A stretch of DNA of 64,000 nt from an uncultured Clostridia bacterium (GTDB lineage: Bacteria > Bacillota > Clostridia > TANB77 > CAG-508), in assembly GCA_944387495.1 (NCBI GenBank), contig CALXFD010000005.1, positions 1,803-65,802 on the forward strand, written 5' to 3'. The position numbers and the translations under genes are program-made. The notes under the pieces were generated by a model. The model was not told the origin of the DNA and searched no databases. It was given only the letters and a program-made list of their open reading frames with translations. The first letter of the stretch is position 1. Every line of letters begins with the position of its first letter. This document shows positions 10,223 to 20,363 of the stretch, in pieces.

Positions 10223-10441
10223 CTACGTTTCTTCTCGTATTTTTTTAAACATCTCCTCTGCAACTTTTGTTAATCTCCTATCACATTTCAACATTTGTCC
10301 GACTACAATTATTCTTAGTTCTTCGTCTTTTATATTATCTGCTATGTCTAAAAATTTTTGTAACTCAAATACATACTTCTTGTTAGAGAACTTCCATTTT
10401 TTGTTTGACATCTTTTTTATTATTTCACTTTCTTTTTCCAT
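10223..10441 (-). CDS. Hypothetical small protein (72 aa)
   Basis: ORF only; no recognisable motif. Confidence 0.45.
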   Translation of the reverse strand: MEKESEIIKKMSNKKWKFSNKKYVFELQKFLDIADNIKDEELRIIVVGQMLKCDRRLTKVAEEMFKKIREET

Positions 10442-10548
10442 ATTTTCCTCCTTTTCTTAAATTTTTATTTTATGTGATAATATAATATATCTATTATACA
10501 TATTATTAGAAAAAGAGGACATTTTTTTTACAAAATGCCCTCTTTATT

Positions 10549-11793
10549 TTACAAATCTATATTCTCATCTTTTATATAATATTTTGTACCTAACATTTTA
10601 TCTGGTAAATATTGTTGTTCTACATAGTGTCCTGGAAAATTATGTGGATATAAATATCCTTCATTATATCCTAATTCTCGCATTTTATCTATTGGTGCAT
10701 TCCTTATATGCATTGGAATTTCGCCAGTATCTTTATTTTTTACATCTTCTAATGCATTATTTATTGCCATATATGCTGCATTCGATTTTTTTGATATTGC
10801 TACATATATTGCTGCTTCTGATAATATAATTCTTGCTTCTGGCATTCCTACCATATGTACAGCTTGCATAGCCGAATTTGCAACTACTAACGCATTTGGA
10901 TTTGCTAACCCTACATCTTCTGATGCACATATTACTATTCTTCTTGCTAAAAACATAGGGTCTTCTCCACCATTTAATGCTCTCGCTAAATAAAATACTG
11001 TTGCATCAGGGTCTGAACCTCTCATTGATTTTATAAATGCACTAATATTATCATAATGTACTTCTCCATTTTTATCAAATATTGCTTTTCTATCTTGAAC
11101 ACTATTTTTTATTATTTCATCTGTTATATTTATATATCCATCTTTATCCATATTTGTTGTTAATACTGCTATTTCTAATCCATTTAATGCTGTTCTAACA
11201 TCCCCATTTGCTATAACAGCTAATTTCTTTAATGTTCCATCACTAATTTTTATATTATATTCTCCTAGACCATCTTTTCTTTCTAATGAATTTTTTAATA
11301 TTTGGTAAATATTTTCTTCTGTTAATGGTTCTAGTTTTATTACCATTGACCTAGAAATTAAAGCTTTATTTACTTCAAAATATGGATTTTCAGTTGTTGC
11401 TCCTATTAAAATTATTGTTCCATTTTCTACAAAAGGTAATAATGCATCTTGTTGCAGTTTATTAAATCTATGAATTTCGTCTATAAACAATATACTTTTT
11501 CCAGATGGATTTAGCATGAAATTTTTTGTTTCTTCTATAACTCTTTTTATATCTGCAACTCCTGCTGTTACTGCATTTAATTTATAAAATTTGTATTTAG
11601 TTGTTTCACTAATAACTCTTGCAAGTGATGTTTTTCCACAACCTGGTGGTCCAAATAAAATTATACTAGATAACCTATCTGCTTTTATTGTTCTATATAA
11701 TATTTTATCTTTTCCTAGTACATGTTCTTGTCCAACATATTCTTCTAGTGTTTTTGGTCTCATTCTAAATGCTAATGGTTCATTACTATTCAT
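10549..11793 (-). CDS. rarA: Replication-associated recombination protein A (AAA+ ATPase RarA/MgsA)
   Basis: PLAFRMRPKTLEEYVGQEHVLG, Walker A GPPGCGKTSLA, 414 aa, C-terminal MgsA-type region. Confidence 0.9.
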   Translation of the reverse strand: MNSNEPLAFRMRPKTLEEYVGQEHVLGKDKILYRTIKADRLSSIILFGPPGCGKTSLARVISETTKYKFYKLNAVTAGVADIKRVIEETKNFMLNPSGKSILFIDEIHRFNKLQQDALLPFVENGTIILIGATTENPYFEVNKALISRSMVIKLEPLTEENIYQILKNSLERKDGLGEYNIKISDGTLKKLAVIANGDVRTALNGLEIAVLTTNMDKDGYINITDEIIKNSVQDRKAIFDKNGEVHYDNISAFIKSMRGSDPDATVFYLARALNGGEDPMFLARRIVICASEDVGLANPNALVVANSAMQAVHMVGMPEARIILSEAAIYVAISKKSNAAYMAINNALEDVKNKDTGEIPMHIRNAPIDKMRELGYNEGYLYPHNFPGHYVEQQYLPDKMLGTKYYIKDENIDL

Positions 11794-11924
11794 ATTATTA
11801 TATGGTTTGTTTAATAGTTTAACAAATCATATTTGCCTTCCTTTCTTTTTTTATTTATGTTTTTCTATATTTTATTTTTTTATGTTCGCTATCTTATATA
11901 AGTTCTAATTTTCTAAATTTATTC

Positions 11925-12563
11925 TTAATTTGATAAAAGTACCAATCCTTTTTTTATTAAGTCTTCTGTTGTTAAATTTGCTTTTTCTATTTTCATAAAA
12001 GCTTTTTCTATTTCTTTTTTATTATATCCTAATACTTGTAAAGCTGCTATTGCTTCTTGTACTTTATTATCATCTTCTATTAGTTGTTTTACTTTTATAT
12101 TTGTCTCACTAAATTCTTTATTTGTATTTGATGCATTTGTTAATTCTTGCATTTGTTGTTCTTTCTTAATTTTGTCTTTTAATTCTAAAATTATTCTTTT
12201 AGCAGATTTAGGACCTATACCTGGAATTGATGTTAATACCTTTATATCTTCTGATACAATTGCTAATACAAATTCAGAAGGACTGCACACAGCAAGCATT
12301 GCTAATGCTGTTTTTGCTCCTACTCCACTTACTGATAATAATAGTTCAAACATTCTTAATTCTTCATTTGTATTAAATCCAAATATACTTATATCATCTT
12401 CTCTTACTCTATAATATGTATGTACTTTTACTGTATCTCCAATTTTTCCTAGTTTTTCCATACCTATTGCTGACATAAATACTTTATAACCTAATCCGCC
12501 TACATCTATTACAACATAGTCACTTGCTTTAATTTCTAAAATTCCTTTTATATATGCTAACAT
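11925..12563 (-). CDS. ruvA: Holliday junction branch migration complex subunit RuvA
   Basis: MLAYIKGILE...DVGGLGYKV, HhH motifs (GVGAKTALAML, IPGIGPKSAKRI), 212 aa. Confidence 0.9.
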   Translation of the reverse strand: MLAYIKGILEIKASDYVVIDVGGLGYKVFMSAIGMEKLGKIGDTVKVHTYYRVREDDISIFGFNTNEELRMFELLLSVSGVGAKTALAMLAVCSPSEFVLAIVSEDIKVLTSIPGIGPKSAKRIILELKDKIKKEQQMQELTNASNTNKEFSETNIKVKQLIEDDNKVQEAIAALQVLGYNKKEIEKAFMKIEKANLTTEDLIKKGLVLLSN

Positions 12564-12750
12564 TTCTTACTTATACAATTCTTTTATATTTTTATTAATA
12601 AAAAAATTATATTCTCCCTTATACAATATTTAGGTTTTTATTGGGTACCTATAAACCATTTTTTATATAAATAATGTTCTTTTCTATTTACTTTATTATT
12701 ATCTATAAACTTTTTTCGTTTTGCCTACTGAAATTATTTATAAATTATTT

Positions 12751-13323
12751 TTATGTGTCATAAAAATATGTAGCTTCTAAATCTGCTTCATGTGTTAATA
12801 ATGCTATTGGATATTTTGTATATGCTGAGCCTATTGTATTGTATAATTCTTTTGGTTCAGTATATCCCATATGCCAACGTATTGAATATTTTTCTTCTGG
12901 TGTCAATTTTATATATTCTGTTATCATCATAACAGATTTATCTCCATGCCCATAAGGTATTGTATCATCTATTGTATAATATGGAACTTTTTCCCATACT
13001 CCTAATGCATTTTTAGCATTTCTATAATCTACTTTATAAAAGTTTGTTTTACATATATCATGTAACAAACCTATTATTATAATTGATTCTTCTGGTACTT
13101 TTACTCCTTTTATATTATTTTCCACTTTATGTTTTAGTATCTCATATACTTTCATACTATGTTCAACTAGTCCACCTTCATAATCTCCATGAAATCTTGT
13201 ACTTGCTGGTGCTTTAAAAAAATCTGATTTTTCTAAAAAGTTTATTAAATCTTCTATACCTTCTCTATTTGTGCTTCTTAGTAATTCTAAAAATTGTTCT
13301 TTCATATTTTCTTTATATGGCAT
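12751..13323 (-). CDS. HD-domain phosphohydrolase
   Basis: FHGDYEGGLVEHS ... LLHDICK ... GHGDKS motifs. Confidence 0.75.
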   Translation of the reverse strand: MPYKENMKEQFLELLRSTNREGIEDLINFLEKSDFFKAPASTRFHGDYEGGLVEHSMKVYEILKHKVENNIKGVKVPEESIIIIGLLHDICKTNFYKVDYRNAKNALGVWEKVPYYTIDDTIPYGHGDKSVMMITEYIKLTPEEKYSIRWHMGYTEPKELYNTIGSAYTKYPIALLTHEADLEATYFYDT

Positions 13324-13495
13324 ATTTAATGTTCAAATACCATATGCTCCTTTCTTTATATTTTATATAATTTTAATATATTTTTCTTATGTATTATACA
13401 TATTTATTTGTTAGAAGTCAACCTTTTTAAGAATTTTTGTTCGCGATTTAAAATTAAATTATTATTTCATATTTTATCTAAATATTTAAAAATTC

Positions 13496-13526
13496 ATGAG
13501 TCCCATACTTTTAGTATGAGACTCAT
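13496..13526 (-). terminator. Hairpin downstream of dapL
   Basis: GAGTC-CC-ATACT / AGTAT-GA-GACTC interrupted stem just after the dapL stop. The T-tract is weak. Confidence 0.45.
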
Positions 13527-13540
13527 TTTTTATTATAAAA

Positions 13541-14788
13541 TTATATATTTTTCCAATTTTTTATTCTCTCGATTGCTTCTTGTGTATTTTCTCTTGTTCC
13601 AAATGCTGTTAATCTAAAATATCCTTCTCCATGTGGTCCAAATCCACTACCAGGTGTTCCTACTATATTTACTTCTTCTAATAATTTATCAAAAAATTCC
13701 CAAGATGTCATACCTTCTGGAACTTTTAGCCAAATATATGGTGAATTTACTCCTCCATATACTGTAAATCCTGCTTCTTCTAAACCTTCTTTTATTATTT
13801 TTGCATTTTCTCTATAATAATTAATATTTTCTTCAATTTGTCTTTGTCCTTCTTCTGTAAAAGTAGCTTCTGCTGCTCTTTGTACTATATATGATGTTCC
13901 ATTAAATTTTGTACATGTTCTTCTATTCCACAATTGATTTAAGTCTATTGCTTTACCATCTTTTGTATATCCTTTTACTTCTTTTGGTATAACCACATAT
14001 GCACATCTTACTCCTGTAAAACCTGCTGTTTTTGAAAAACTTTTAAATTCTATTGCAACTTCTTTTGCTCCTTCTATTTCATATATGCTATGTGGGATAT
14101 CATCTTCTGTTATAAATGCTTCATATGCTGCATCATATAAAATTATTGAATTATTTTGTTTTGCATAATCTATCCATTTTTTTAATTCTTCTTTTGGAAG
14201 CACTGTTCCTGTTGGATTATTTGGAAAACATAGATATATCATATCAACTTTTTCTTTTGGTAACTCTGGCATAAAATTATTTTCAGCTGTTACTGGTAAA
14301 TATACTATATTTTCATATGTTCCAGTATTTTGATTATATTCTCCACTTCTACCTGACATTACATTTGTATCTAAATATACTGGATATACTGGGTCTGTTA
14401 TTGCAACTTTATTATCTTGTGCAAATATATCTACTATATTACCACAATCACATTTAGCTCCATCTGATACAAATATTTCGTCTAATTCTAAATCTACACC
14501 TCTTTTTTTATAATCTTTTTCTACAATTGCTTTTCTTAAAAATTCATATCCTTGTTCTGGTCCATACCCTTTAAAACCTTCTTGTGTTCCAATTTCATCA
14601 ACTGCTTTATGCATTGCCTCTACACATGCTGGAACTATTGGTCTTGTTACATCTCCTATTCCTAATTTTATTATTTTTTTATCTGGATGTTCTTCTGAAT
14701 ATTTTGCAACTTTTTTTGCAATGTTGGCAAATAAATAACTTTGTTGTAAATTTAAAAAATTTTCATTTATATAACTCATATTTTTCAA
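13541..14788 (-). CDS. dapL: LL-diaminopimelate aminotransferase
   Basis: 415 aa. N-terminus [20 protein letters not shown]...[11 protein letters not shown] and FSKTAGFTG (PLP lysine region) are typical of DapL. Confidence 0.88.
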   Translation of the reverse strand: MKNMSYINENFLNLQQSYLFANIAKKVAKYSEEHPDKKIIKLGIGDVTRPIVPACVEAMHKAVDEIGTQEGFKGYGPEQGYEFLRKAIVEKDYKKRGVDLELDEIFVSDGAKCDCGNIVDIFAQDNKVAITDPVYPVYLDTNVMSGRSGEYNQNTGTYENIVYLPVTAENNFMPELPKEKVDMIYLCFPNNPTGTVLPKEELKKWIDYAKQNNSIILYDAAYEAFITEDDIPHSIYEIEGAKEVAIEFKSFSKTAGFTGVRCAYVVIPKEVKGYTKDGKAIDLNQLWNRRTCTKFNGTSYIVQRAAEATFTEEGQRQIEENINYYRENAKIIKEGLEEAGFTVYGGVNSPYIWLKVPEGMTSWEFFDKLLEEVNIVGTPGSGFGPHGEGYFRLTAFGTRENTQEAIERIKNWKNI

Positions 14789-15049
14789 TCCTTTCTTTTA
14801 ATAATTTTCTTTTTTAAAACAAAATAAACTAGTTAAATTATATGTTGTTACATAATAATTTTTACCAGTTTTAATAAATTCTTTTTATTCATTTTATCAC
14901 CTCTTCTAGGTATTATTAAGTAGAAAAATATAATTATATTTTTCTACTCGCATTTTATCATACTATGGTATTTTTGTAAAGTTTGCTATTTTTGTATTGC
15001 ATAAATTAGTAAAAGGCAAAACCTATTAACATTGTAATATATACATTTC

Positions 15050-15970
15050 TTATTTTAATTTCTTTATTTCTTCTTCTGATAATTTAGTAATTTCACATAT
15101 TTTTTCTATTTCAAATCCCATTTTTAACAATCTTTTTGCTATTTCTCTTTTTTCTTCATTTTTTCCAGCTTTTCTACCTTTTTCAATCCCACGCTTTTCT
15201 CCTCGTCCTTCTGCATCATCTAATCCTGTATAGTAAATCCATCTTGCTATTTCTCTTTCTTCATACATTTCTCTTTCTTTTGGGTCCATGCTCATTACTT
15301 CTAATTCTGTTTTGGCTCTTTTTATTTCTTCATTTACTTTCTCTGCCATTTTGATTTTCTCCCCCTTTCCTACTAATAACCATAGCCATTGTGATAATTT
15401 ACTTTCTACCCCTGGTTCTTTTTCTATGAATTTTGGTAGCTCTATAAAATGGATTTCTGCATTTTCTGTTACTAATCCATTTTCTTCTTTATATCCCTTG
15501 TCTATATATTTTTCTTTTTCTACCTTATCAAATCTCATATGTGCTATATTATGATATGTATTTGTTTTAAAATAGTTGAAGTTTAATATCCAGATTACTA
15601 TCGTTTTTCGCAATTCTTGATATATCTCTCCTACTTTTAATTGAGGACTTATTAGTTTTGATAGATATGCTAAACTTCTATTTCCTAAGTTATGCTCATC
15701 TGATGTCTGCATTTCTATATCTAATGTTATTTCATCATTTATTTTTGCTTTTATATCTAGCCTTGCTAATTTCTCATCTAGTATGTTTTTTGGTATTTCT
15801 GGATTTTTTACTTCTACTTTTTCTATTTTTATTCCTAATATTCCTTCTAATAAGTCTTTTAATTCACTGTTACATTCGTCTTTGGAAAATATCCTTTTAA
15901 ACACATAATCGTTTGTCAGAGGCAAAATCTTTGTCTCTTTTACTTTTTTTATTAGTTCTTCTTTCTCCAT
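15050..15970 (-). CDS. Rpn-family recombination-promoting nuclease / PD-(D/E)XK putative transposase (YhgA-like)
   Basis: N-terminal LTNDYVFKRIF motif, the LDIKAK...DIEMQ nuclease core and a charged C-terminal tail. Confidence 0.8.
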   Translation of the reverse strand: MEKEELIKKVKETKILPLTNDYVFKRIFSKDECNSELKDLLEGILGIKIEKVEVKNPEIPKNILDEKLARLDIKAKINDEITLDIEMQTSDEHNLGNRSLAYLSKLISPQLKVGEIYQELRKTIVIWILNFNYFKTNTYHNIAHMRFDKVEKEKYIDKGYKEENGLVTENAEIHFIELPKFIEKEPGVESKLSQWLWLLVGKGEKIKMAEKVNEEIKRAKTELEVMSMDPKEREMYEEREIARWIYYTGLDDAEGRGEKRGIEKGRKAGKNEEKREIAKRLLKMGFEIEKICEITKLSEEEIKKLK

Positions 15971-16774
15971 TTTCTACTTCCTTTCTATTTTATCAAATTA
16001 ATTATTTTTTAGCAATAATTAATTTGGTAAAAATTTCTTAGTTTTTGTTTGTATTATATAGATTTCTATTTTTTATTAATTCTTTCTTCTATTTTTAAAT
16101 TTTTGGGAATTCTTTTAGAAATTATTATTTTTTTGAGGTTTATTAAAAATGCACTTTGATTTTTTTTGATTAAAATATTAAATTATATATTTTTGTTTTT
16201 TTATATTTGACCTTAAAATTTTTTATACGTGAGATTATAAAATATTTTTCAAGTTTTGTTTATTAACAAGTGTAAATATATATTTTCATTTTTGGGAATT
16301 TTTTAGATTTTTTATTTTAATAACTTTTAATAGTTATTAATGATAATTATTGATTTTAATGATAAAAATTAATTTGTTCATTTTTTAATTTAGTCTAAAT
16401 TTAATTTTTTAGTTATTATTCTTAGCTGTTTATCTTAGTTTTAATTAATTTTTTGATTTTAAATTTTTAATTTTAGAATTCAAATAAAAAATATACTCTC
16501 TGTATAATTATTTATATAACTAACATATTTTGGAATATTTTGCAATAGTTTTTAGCTATTTTATGTAACTTTTCATCGCATTTTTCGACATTTTATGATA
16601 AAAATATGTGAAACTTTTTTCATGTTTTCTCTTGAATTTGTTTCACATTTTAACTGTTTAAGTTCGTATTTGTAAATGGTATAATCTTATGTAGAAAAAC
16701 TTTATTTTATTTTATCCTGTTAACTACTTCACAAATCTTCAAAAACAGTATATAATACTTGCGAGGTGAAATTT

Positions 16775-18265
16775 ATGTTATTAAATAAAGTACTAAAAGA
16801 CGTAGAAATTATTGAAAGCAAAGGAAATTTAGATATAGAAATTACAAATATATCTTCTGATTCAAGAATTGTAAAAAAAGATTGTTTATTTTTTGCAATA
16901 AAAGGATACTCACTAGATGGAACAAAATTTATAAATAAAGCTATTGAAAATGGAGCTACTGGAATTGTAGTTGATGAAACTACTGACATTTCTGAATTAG
17001 CTATTCCAGATAATATTACTATTGTAAAATTAAATAATATAAGACATGCACTTGCAATTTGTAGCTGTAATTTATATGATTATCCTTCACGTAAATTAAA
17101 ACTAATTGGAGTTACTGGTACAAAAGGAAAAACAACATCTACATATATGATAAAATCTATTTTAGAAAAACATGGTCTTAAAGTTGGTTTAATAGGTAGT
17201 ATTTCAATATATATAGGTGACAAAAAACTAGAAGATACTGATAGAACAACACCAGAAAGTTATAAAATACAAGAAACATTAGCTATGATGGTTAAAGAAA
17301 ATGTAGAAGTTGCTATTTTAGAAGTATCATCACAAGCTATGAAATTAGATAGAGTTACAGGTTGTGATTTCGATATTGCTCTATTTACAAATCTATCAGA
17401 AGACCATATAAGCCCAAAAGAGCATAAAGATATGGATGATTATTTTAATGCTAAACTTTCTTTACTAAAATTAGCACCAAATATTGTTGTTAATGTAGAC
17501 AATGAGTGGACTGCAAAAGTTCCTTCTTTATTGCCAGATAAACATATAACAACATTTGGTATGAAAAATAAAGCAGATATTAGTATGAAGAATATTAGAC
17601 CAAGCAACTCTTCTGTTGAGTTTACTCTTGTTATGAATGGAGAAGAAAATGATATAAAAGTATCAATACCTGGTGAATATATGGCATATAATGCATTAGG
17701 AGCTATTGCAGTTTCTTCATATTTTGATGTTACAGTTGATAATATTAAAAAAGCTTTAAATCCATTTAAAGTATTTGGAAGAAGTGAAATGGTTCCAAAT
17801 AAATTAGGTTTAACTATTATGATAGATTATGCACATACTCCATCTAGCTTAGAATCTATTCTAAAAACAGTAAAACCATATACAAAAGGTAGAGTAATTT
17901 GTACATGGGGAGTTGGTGGAGATAGAGATAGTGCTAAACGTCCTATAATGGGAGAAATCTCTGGAAATTTAGCAGATTTTACAATATTAACATCTGACCA
18001 AGTTCGTACAGAAGACCCTAGAAAAATATTAGCAGATATTGAAGTAGGTCTTAAAAAGACAAATGGAAAATATACTGTTATTCTAAATAGAACAGATGCA
18101 ATAAGATATGCTTTATCTATTGCAACAAAAGATGATATTATTGTGTTACCTGGTTTAGGTAGTGACTTATATATTGAGTATATGGGTGTTAAATACCCTT
18201 ATGATGAAAGAGTTGTAATTCATGATATTATTGAAGAAATGTTGGCTAAAAAGAAAGAGGCTTAG
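16775..18265 (+). CDS. murE: UDP-N-acetylmuramoyl-L-alanyl-D-glutamate--2,6-diaminopimelate ligase
   Basis: GVTGTKGKTTST P-loop and the DRTTPES motif; 497 aa from the ATG at 16775 (SD GAGGTGA at 16763-16769). The ORF track starts at a GTG 9 nt upstream. Confidence 0.9.
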   Translation: MLLNKVLKDVEIIESKGNLDIEITNISSDSRIVKKDCLFFAIKGYSLDGTKFINKAIENGATGIVVDETTDISELAIPDNITIVKLNNIRHALAICSCNLYDYPSRKLKLIGVTGTKGKTTSTYMIKSILEKHGLKVGLIGSISIYIGDKKLEDTDRTTPESYKIQETLAMMVKENVEVAILEVSSQAMKLDRVTGCDFDIALFTNLSEDHISPKEHKDMDDYFNAKLSLLKLAPNIVVNVDNEWTAKVPSLLPDKHITTFGMKNKADISMKNIRPSNSSVEFTLVMNGEENDIKVSIPGEYMAYNALGAIAVSSYFDVTVDNIKKALNPFKVFGRSEMVPNKLGLTIMIDYAHTPSSLESILKTVKPYTKGRVICTWGVGGDRDSAKRPIMGEISGNLADFTILTSDQVRTEDPRKILADIEVGLKKTNGKYTVILNRTDAIRYALSIATKDDIIVLPGLGSDLYIEYMGVKYPYDERVVIHDIIEEMLAKKKEA

Positions 18266-19128
18266 AGATAAGCCTTTTCTAATTCCCCATCATATACTTT
18301 TGTACTTATACCTGTCATAAATATTTCATCTGTTTCTTTATTTATTTTTATATTTAAAACTCCACCTTTTAACATCACATTTACATTTTCTCTTACATAT
18401 CCATACAAATTTGCGACTTTTGCTACACAACATGCACCAGTTCCGCACGCATATGTCTCTCCTACTCCTCTTTCCCATACTCTCATTTTTATTGTTCTTC
18501 TATCAATTACTTGTGCAAATTCTACATTTGTTTTATTTAAAAAATACTTTGAATTTTCAATAAACTTTCCTACTTTTTCTACATCTATATTGTCAATTTG
18601 GTTAGTAAAAATAACAAAATGTGGATTTCCTATCGAAATACAATTTCCAATATATTCTGTATTTTCAATATTAAATTTCAAAGTTGTAATTTTACTACTA
18701 TCTTCAACTTGCATATTAGGTGTTAATATTAATTTAGTATCTAAACTTGTTTTCCCCATATTCACTTCTACACTTTCTACTTTATTATTTTTTAAAAATA
18801 ACCTCAATTTTTTTATACCTGCCAATGTTTCAACTGTTATATTTGTTTTATCTGTCAAATTATAATCATAAACAAATTTACCAACACCTCTAATACCATT
18901 TCCACACATCTCAGCTTGACTTCCATCACTATTATATATTCTCATCTTAAAATCAGCAATTTCACTATCCTCAATTAAAATAATACCATCTGCACCTGCT
19001 CCAAAATTTCGATTACTCATATATCTTGCCAATTGTGGAATTTTACTCTCATTTACTACCTCACCATTTTTTGCACAATTTATGTATAAATAATCATTAC
19101 CTAAACCATGAATTTTTGTAAATTTCAT
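18262..19128 (-). CDS. dapF: Diaminopimelate epimerase
   Basis: MKFTKIHGLGNDYLYI, catalytic Cys motifs (EMCGNG, YACGTGA), 288 aa. Confidence 0.9.
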   Translation of the reverse strand: MKFTKIHGLGNDYLYINCAKNGEVVNESKIPQLARYMSNRNFGAGADGIILIEDSEIADFKMRIYNSDGSQAEMCGNGIRGVGKFVYDYNLTDKTNITVETLAGIKKLRLFLKNNKVESVEVNMGKTSLDTKLILTPNMQVEDSSKITTLKFNIENTEYIGNCISIGNPHFVIFTNQIDNIDVEKVGKFIENSKYFLNKTNVEFAQVIDRRTIKMRVWERGVGETYACGTGACCVAKVANLYGYVRENVNVMLKGGVLNIKINKETDEIFMTGISTKVYDGELEKAYL

Positions 19129-19175
19129 TTTGTTACCTCCGTTTTTAGTTTTTCTTCTATTATTTTATTCATCAA

Positions 19176-19447
19176 AAATTTTTTTGTTCAAATTAGTGGT
19201 ATTTAATAGCTGATTATATTTTATAATTTTTCATAGTATCGCCTGGAACAGAGTAAGAAATAGAATTAGTTAGGCTTTTGAATGAGGAATGTTCACGGTA
19301 CCCGAAACGTTAGTGTAGGGGGGCTGAGTGAAAGAGGCTCATGAAAAAGCCTTACTAATTCTTTTCGAACGGCAGTGACCAAGATACTATGAAAAATTAT
19401 AAAATATAATCAGCTATTAAATACCACTAATTTGAACAAAAAAATTT
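19176..19447. repeat. 272-bp palindromic element: perfect 65-bp inverted repeats (19176-19240 and 19383-19447) flanking a 142-bp relatively GC-rich core
   Basis: I verified base by base that the reverse complement of 19383-19447 equals 19176-19240. The core contains a further 18-bp stem with one mismatch (19262-19279 with 19345-19362). Confidence 0.9.
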
Positions 19448-19483
19448 AACTATTTCGTTATTTATTAAAACTTTCTTAATCTA

Positions 19484-19512
19484 TTGTAAATCAATTATTC
19501 TTCAGCTATAAT
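19484..19512 (+). promoter_or_regulatory. Sigma-A-type promoter for the transglycosylase gene
   Basis: TTGTAA (19484-19489), 17-bp spacer, TATAAT (19507-19512), about 25 nt upstream of the start codon. Confidence 0.5.
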
Positions 19513-19537
19513 ATTTTTAGAAATCAGTGAGGTAATT

Positions 19538-20236
19538 ATGAAAATTTTTAGAAAACTATTTTTAATATTATTTATTTTATTAGCAGTAGCATTTGCAATA
19601 GTCTTTATTATCGGTTTCACATACTACTCAAAAGCTCTTGATGAAAAGCCCTTAATAACAAGAATAGATGAAGTCACAAACCAAGAACATTTTGTCACAT
19701 ATAATGAACTTTCCAAAAACTATGTAAATGCCGTTATTGCAGTTGAAGACCACAGATATTATGACCATGGAGCCATCGATTTATATGCAATTGGTAGAGC
19801 TATCTGGACCAATATTCGTTCAGGCAGTCTAGACGAAGGTGGTAGCACCATCACACAGCAAGTTGCCAAAAACATTATTTTTAACCAAGACAAAACCCTT
19901 ATAAGAAAATTAGGAGAAATATTTGCAGCATTTGACTTAGAAAAAAATTATAGTAAAGAAGAAATCTTAGCTCTATATGTTAATACTGCATATTTTGGAG
20001 AAGGTTATTATGGCATTTATGATGCTAGTATGGGATATTATAATAAAGAGCCAAAAGATTTAACAATAGATGAAGCATCTATGCTTGCAGGTGTTCCAAA
20101 TGCTCCTTCTGCATATGCCCCAACTGTTAACCCCGATTTAGCAAACAAACGCCAAAAACATGTATTAGAATGTATGGTAAAATACAATTATATTTCTCAA
20201 TCTGAGGCAGACTCGATTATCAATAATAAGAAATAA
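19538..20236 (+). CDS. Monofunctional biosynthetic peptidoglycan transglycosylase (GT51)
   Basis: N-terminal TM helix; GT51 motifs AVEDHRYYDHGAID, GGSTITQQVAKN and RKLGE. Confidence 0.85.
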   Translation: MKIFRKLFLILFILLAVAFAIVFIIGFTYYSKALDEKPLITRIDEVTNQEHFVTYNELSKNYVNAVIAVEDHRYYDHGAIDLYAIGRAIWTNIRSGSLDEGGSTITQQVAKNIIFNQDKTLIRKLGEIFAAFDLEKNYSKEEILALYVNTAYFGEGYYGIYDASMGYYNKEPKDLTIDEASMLAGVPNAPSAYAPTVNPDLANKRQKHVLECMVKYNYISQSEADSIINNKK

Positions 20237-20251
20237 ATTTAGCTTTACTAA

Positions 20252-20296
20252 AACCAGATAGAAAAATTCAAAGTTTAATTTTTTCTATCTGGTTTA
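20252..20296. terminator. Bidirectional terminator hairpin between convergent genes
   Basis: ACCAGATAGAAAAA / TTTTTCTATCTGGT stem. Confidence 0.6.
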
Positions 20297-20363
20297 ATAA
20301 AGCTTTAAAGATTTTTATCACAAATTTTATTTGCGTTCATTTTGATTTAACCTACAATATTTA

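Noticed and set aside
15050-15970. The Rpn/YhgA-like gene as an active insertion sequence.
   Set aside because: I found no terminal inverted repeats or target duplications around it. This family is usually a stand-alone, domesticated nuclease gene. It is annotated as a CDS only.
19241-19382. The core of the 272-bp palindromic element as a known RNA (tRNA, 6S, SRP, ZTP, c-di-GMP, fluoride or guanidine riboswitches) or as a small ORF.
   Set aside because: I recognised no conserved core motif of those classes. The only ORFs (20 aa and 10 aa) lack an SD. It is kept as an unexplained element rather than given a named call.
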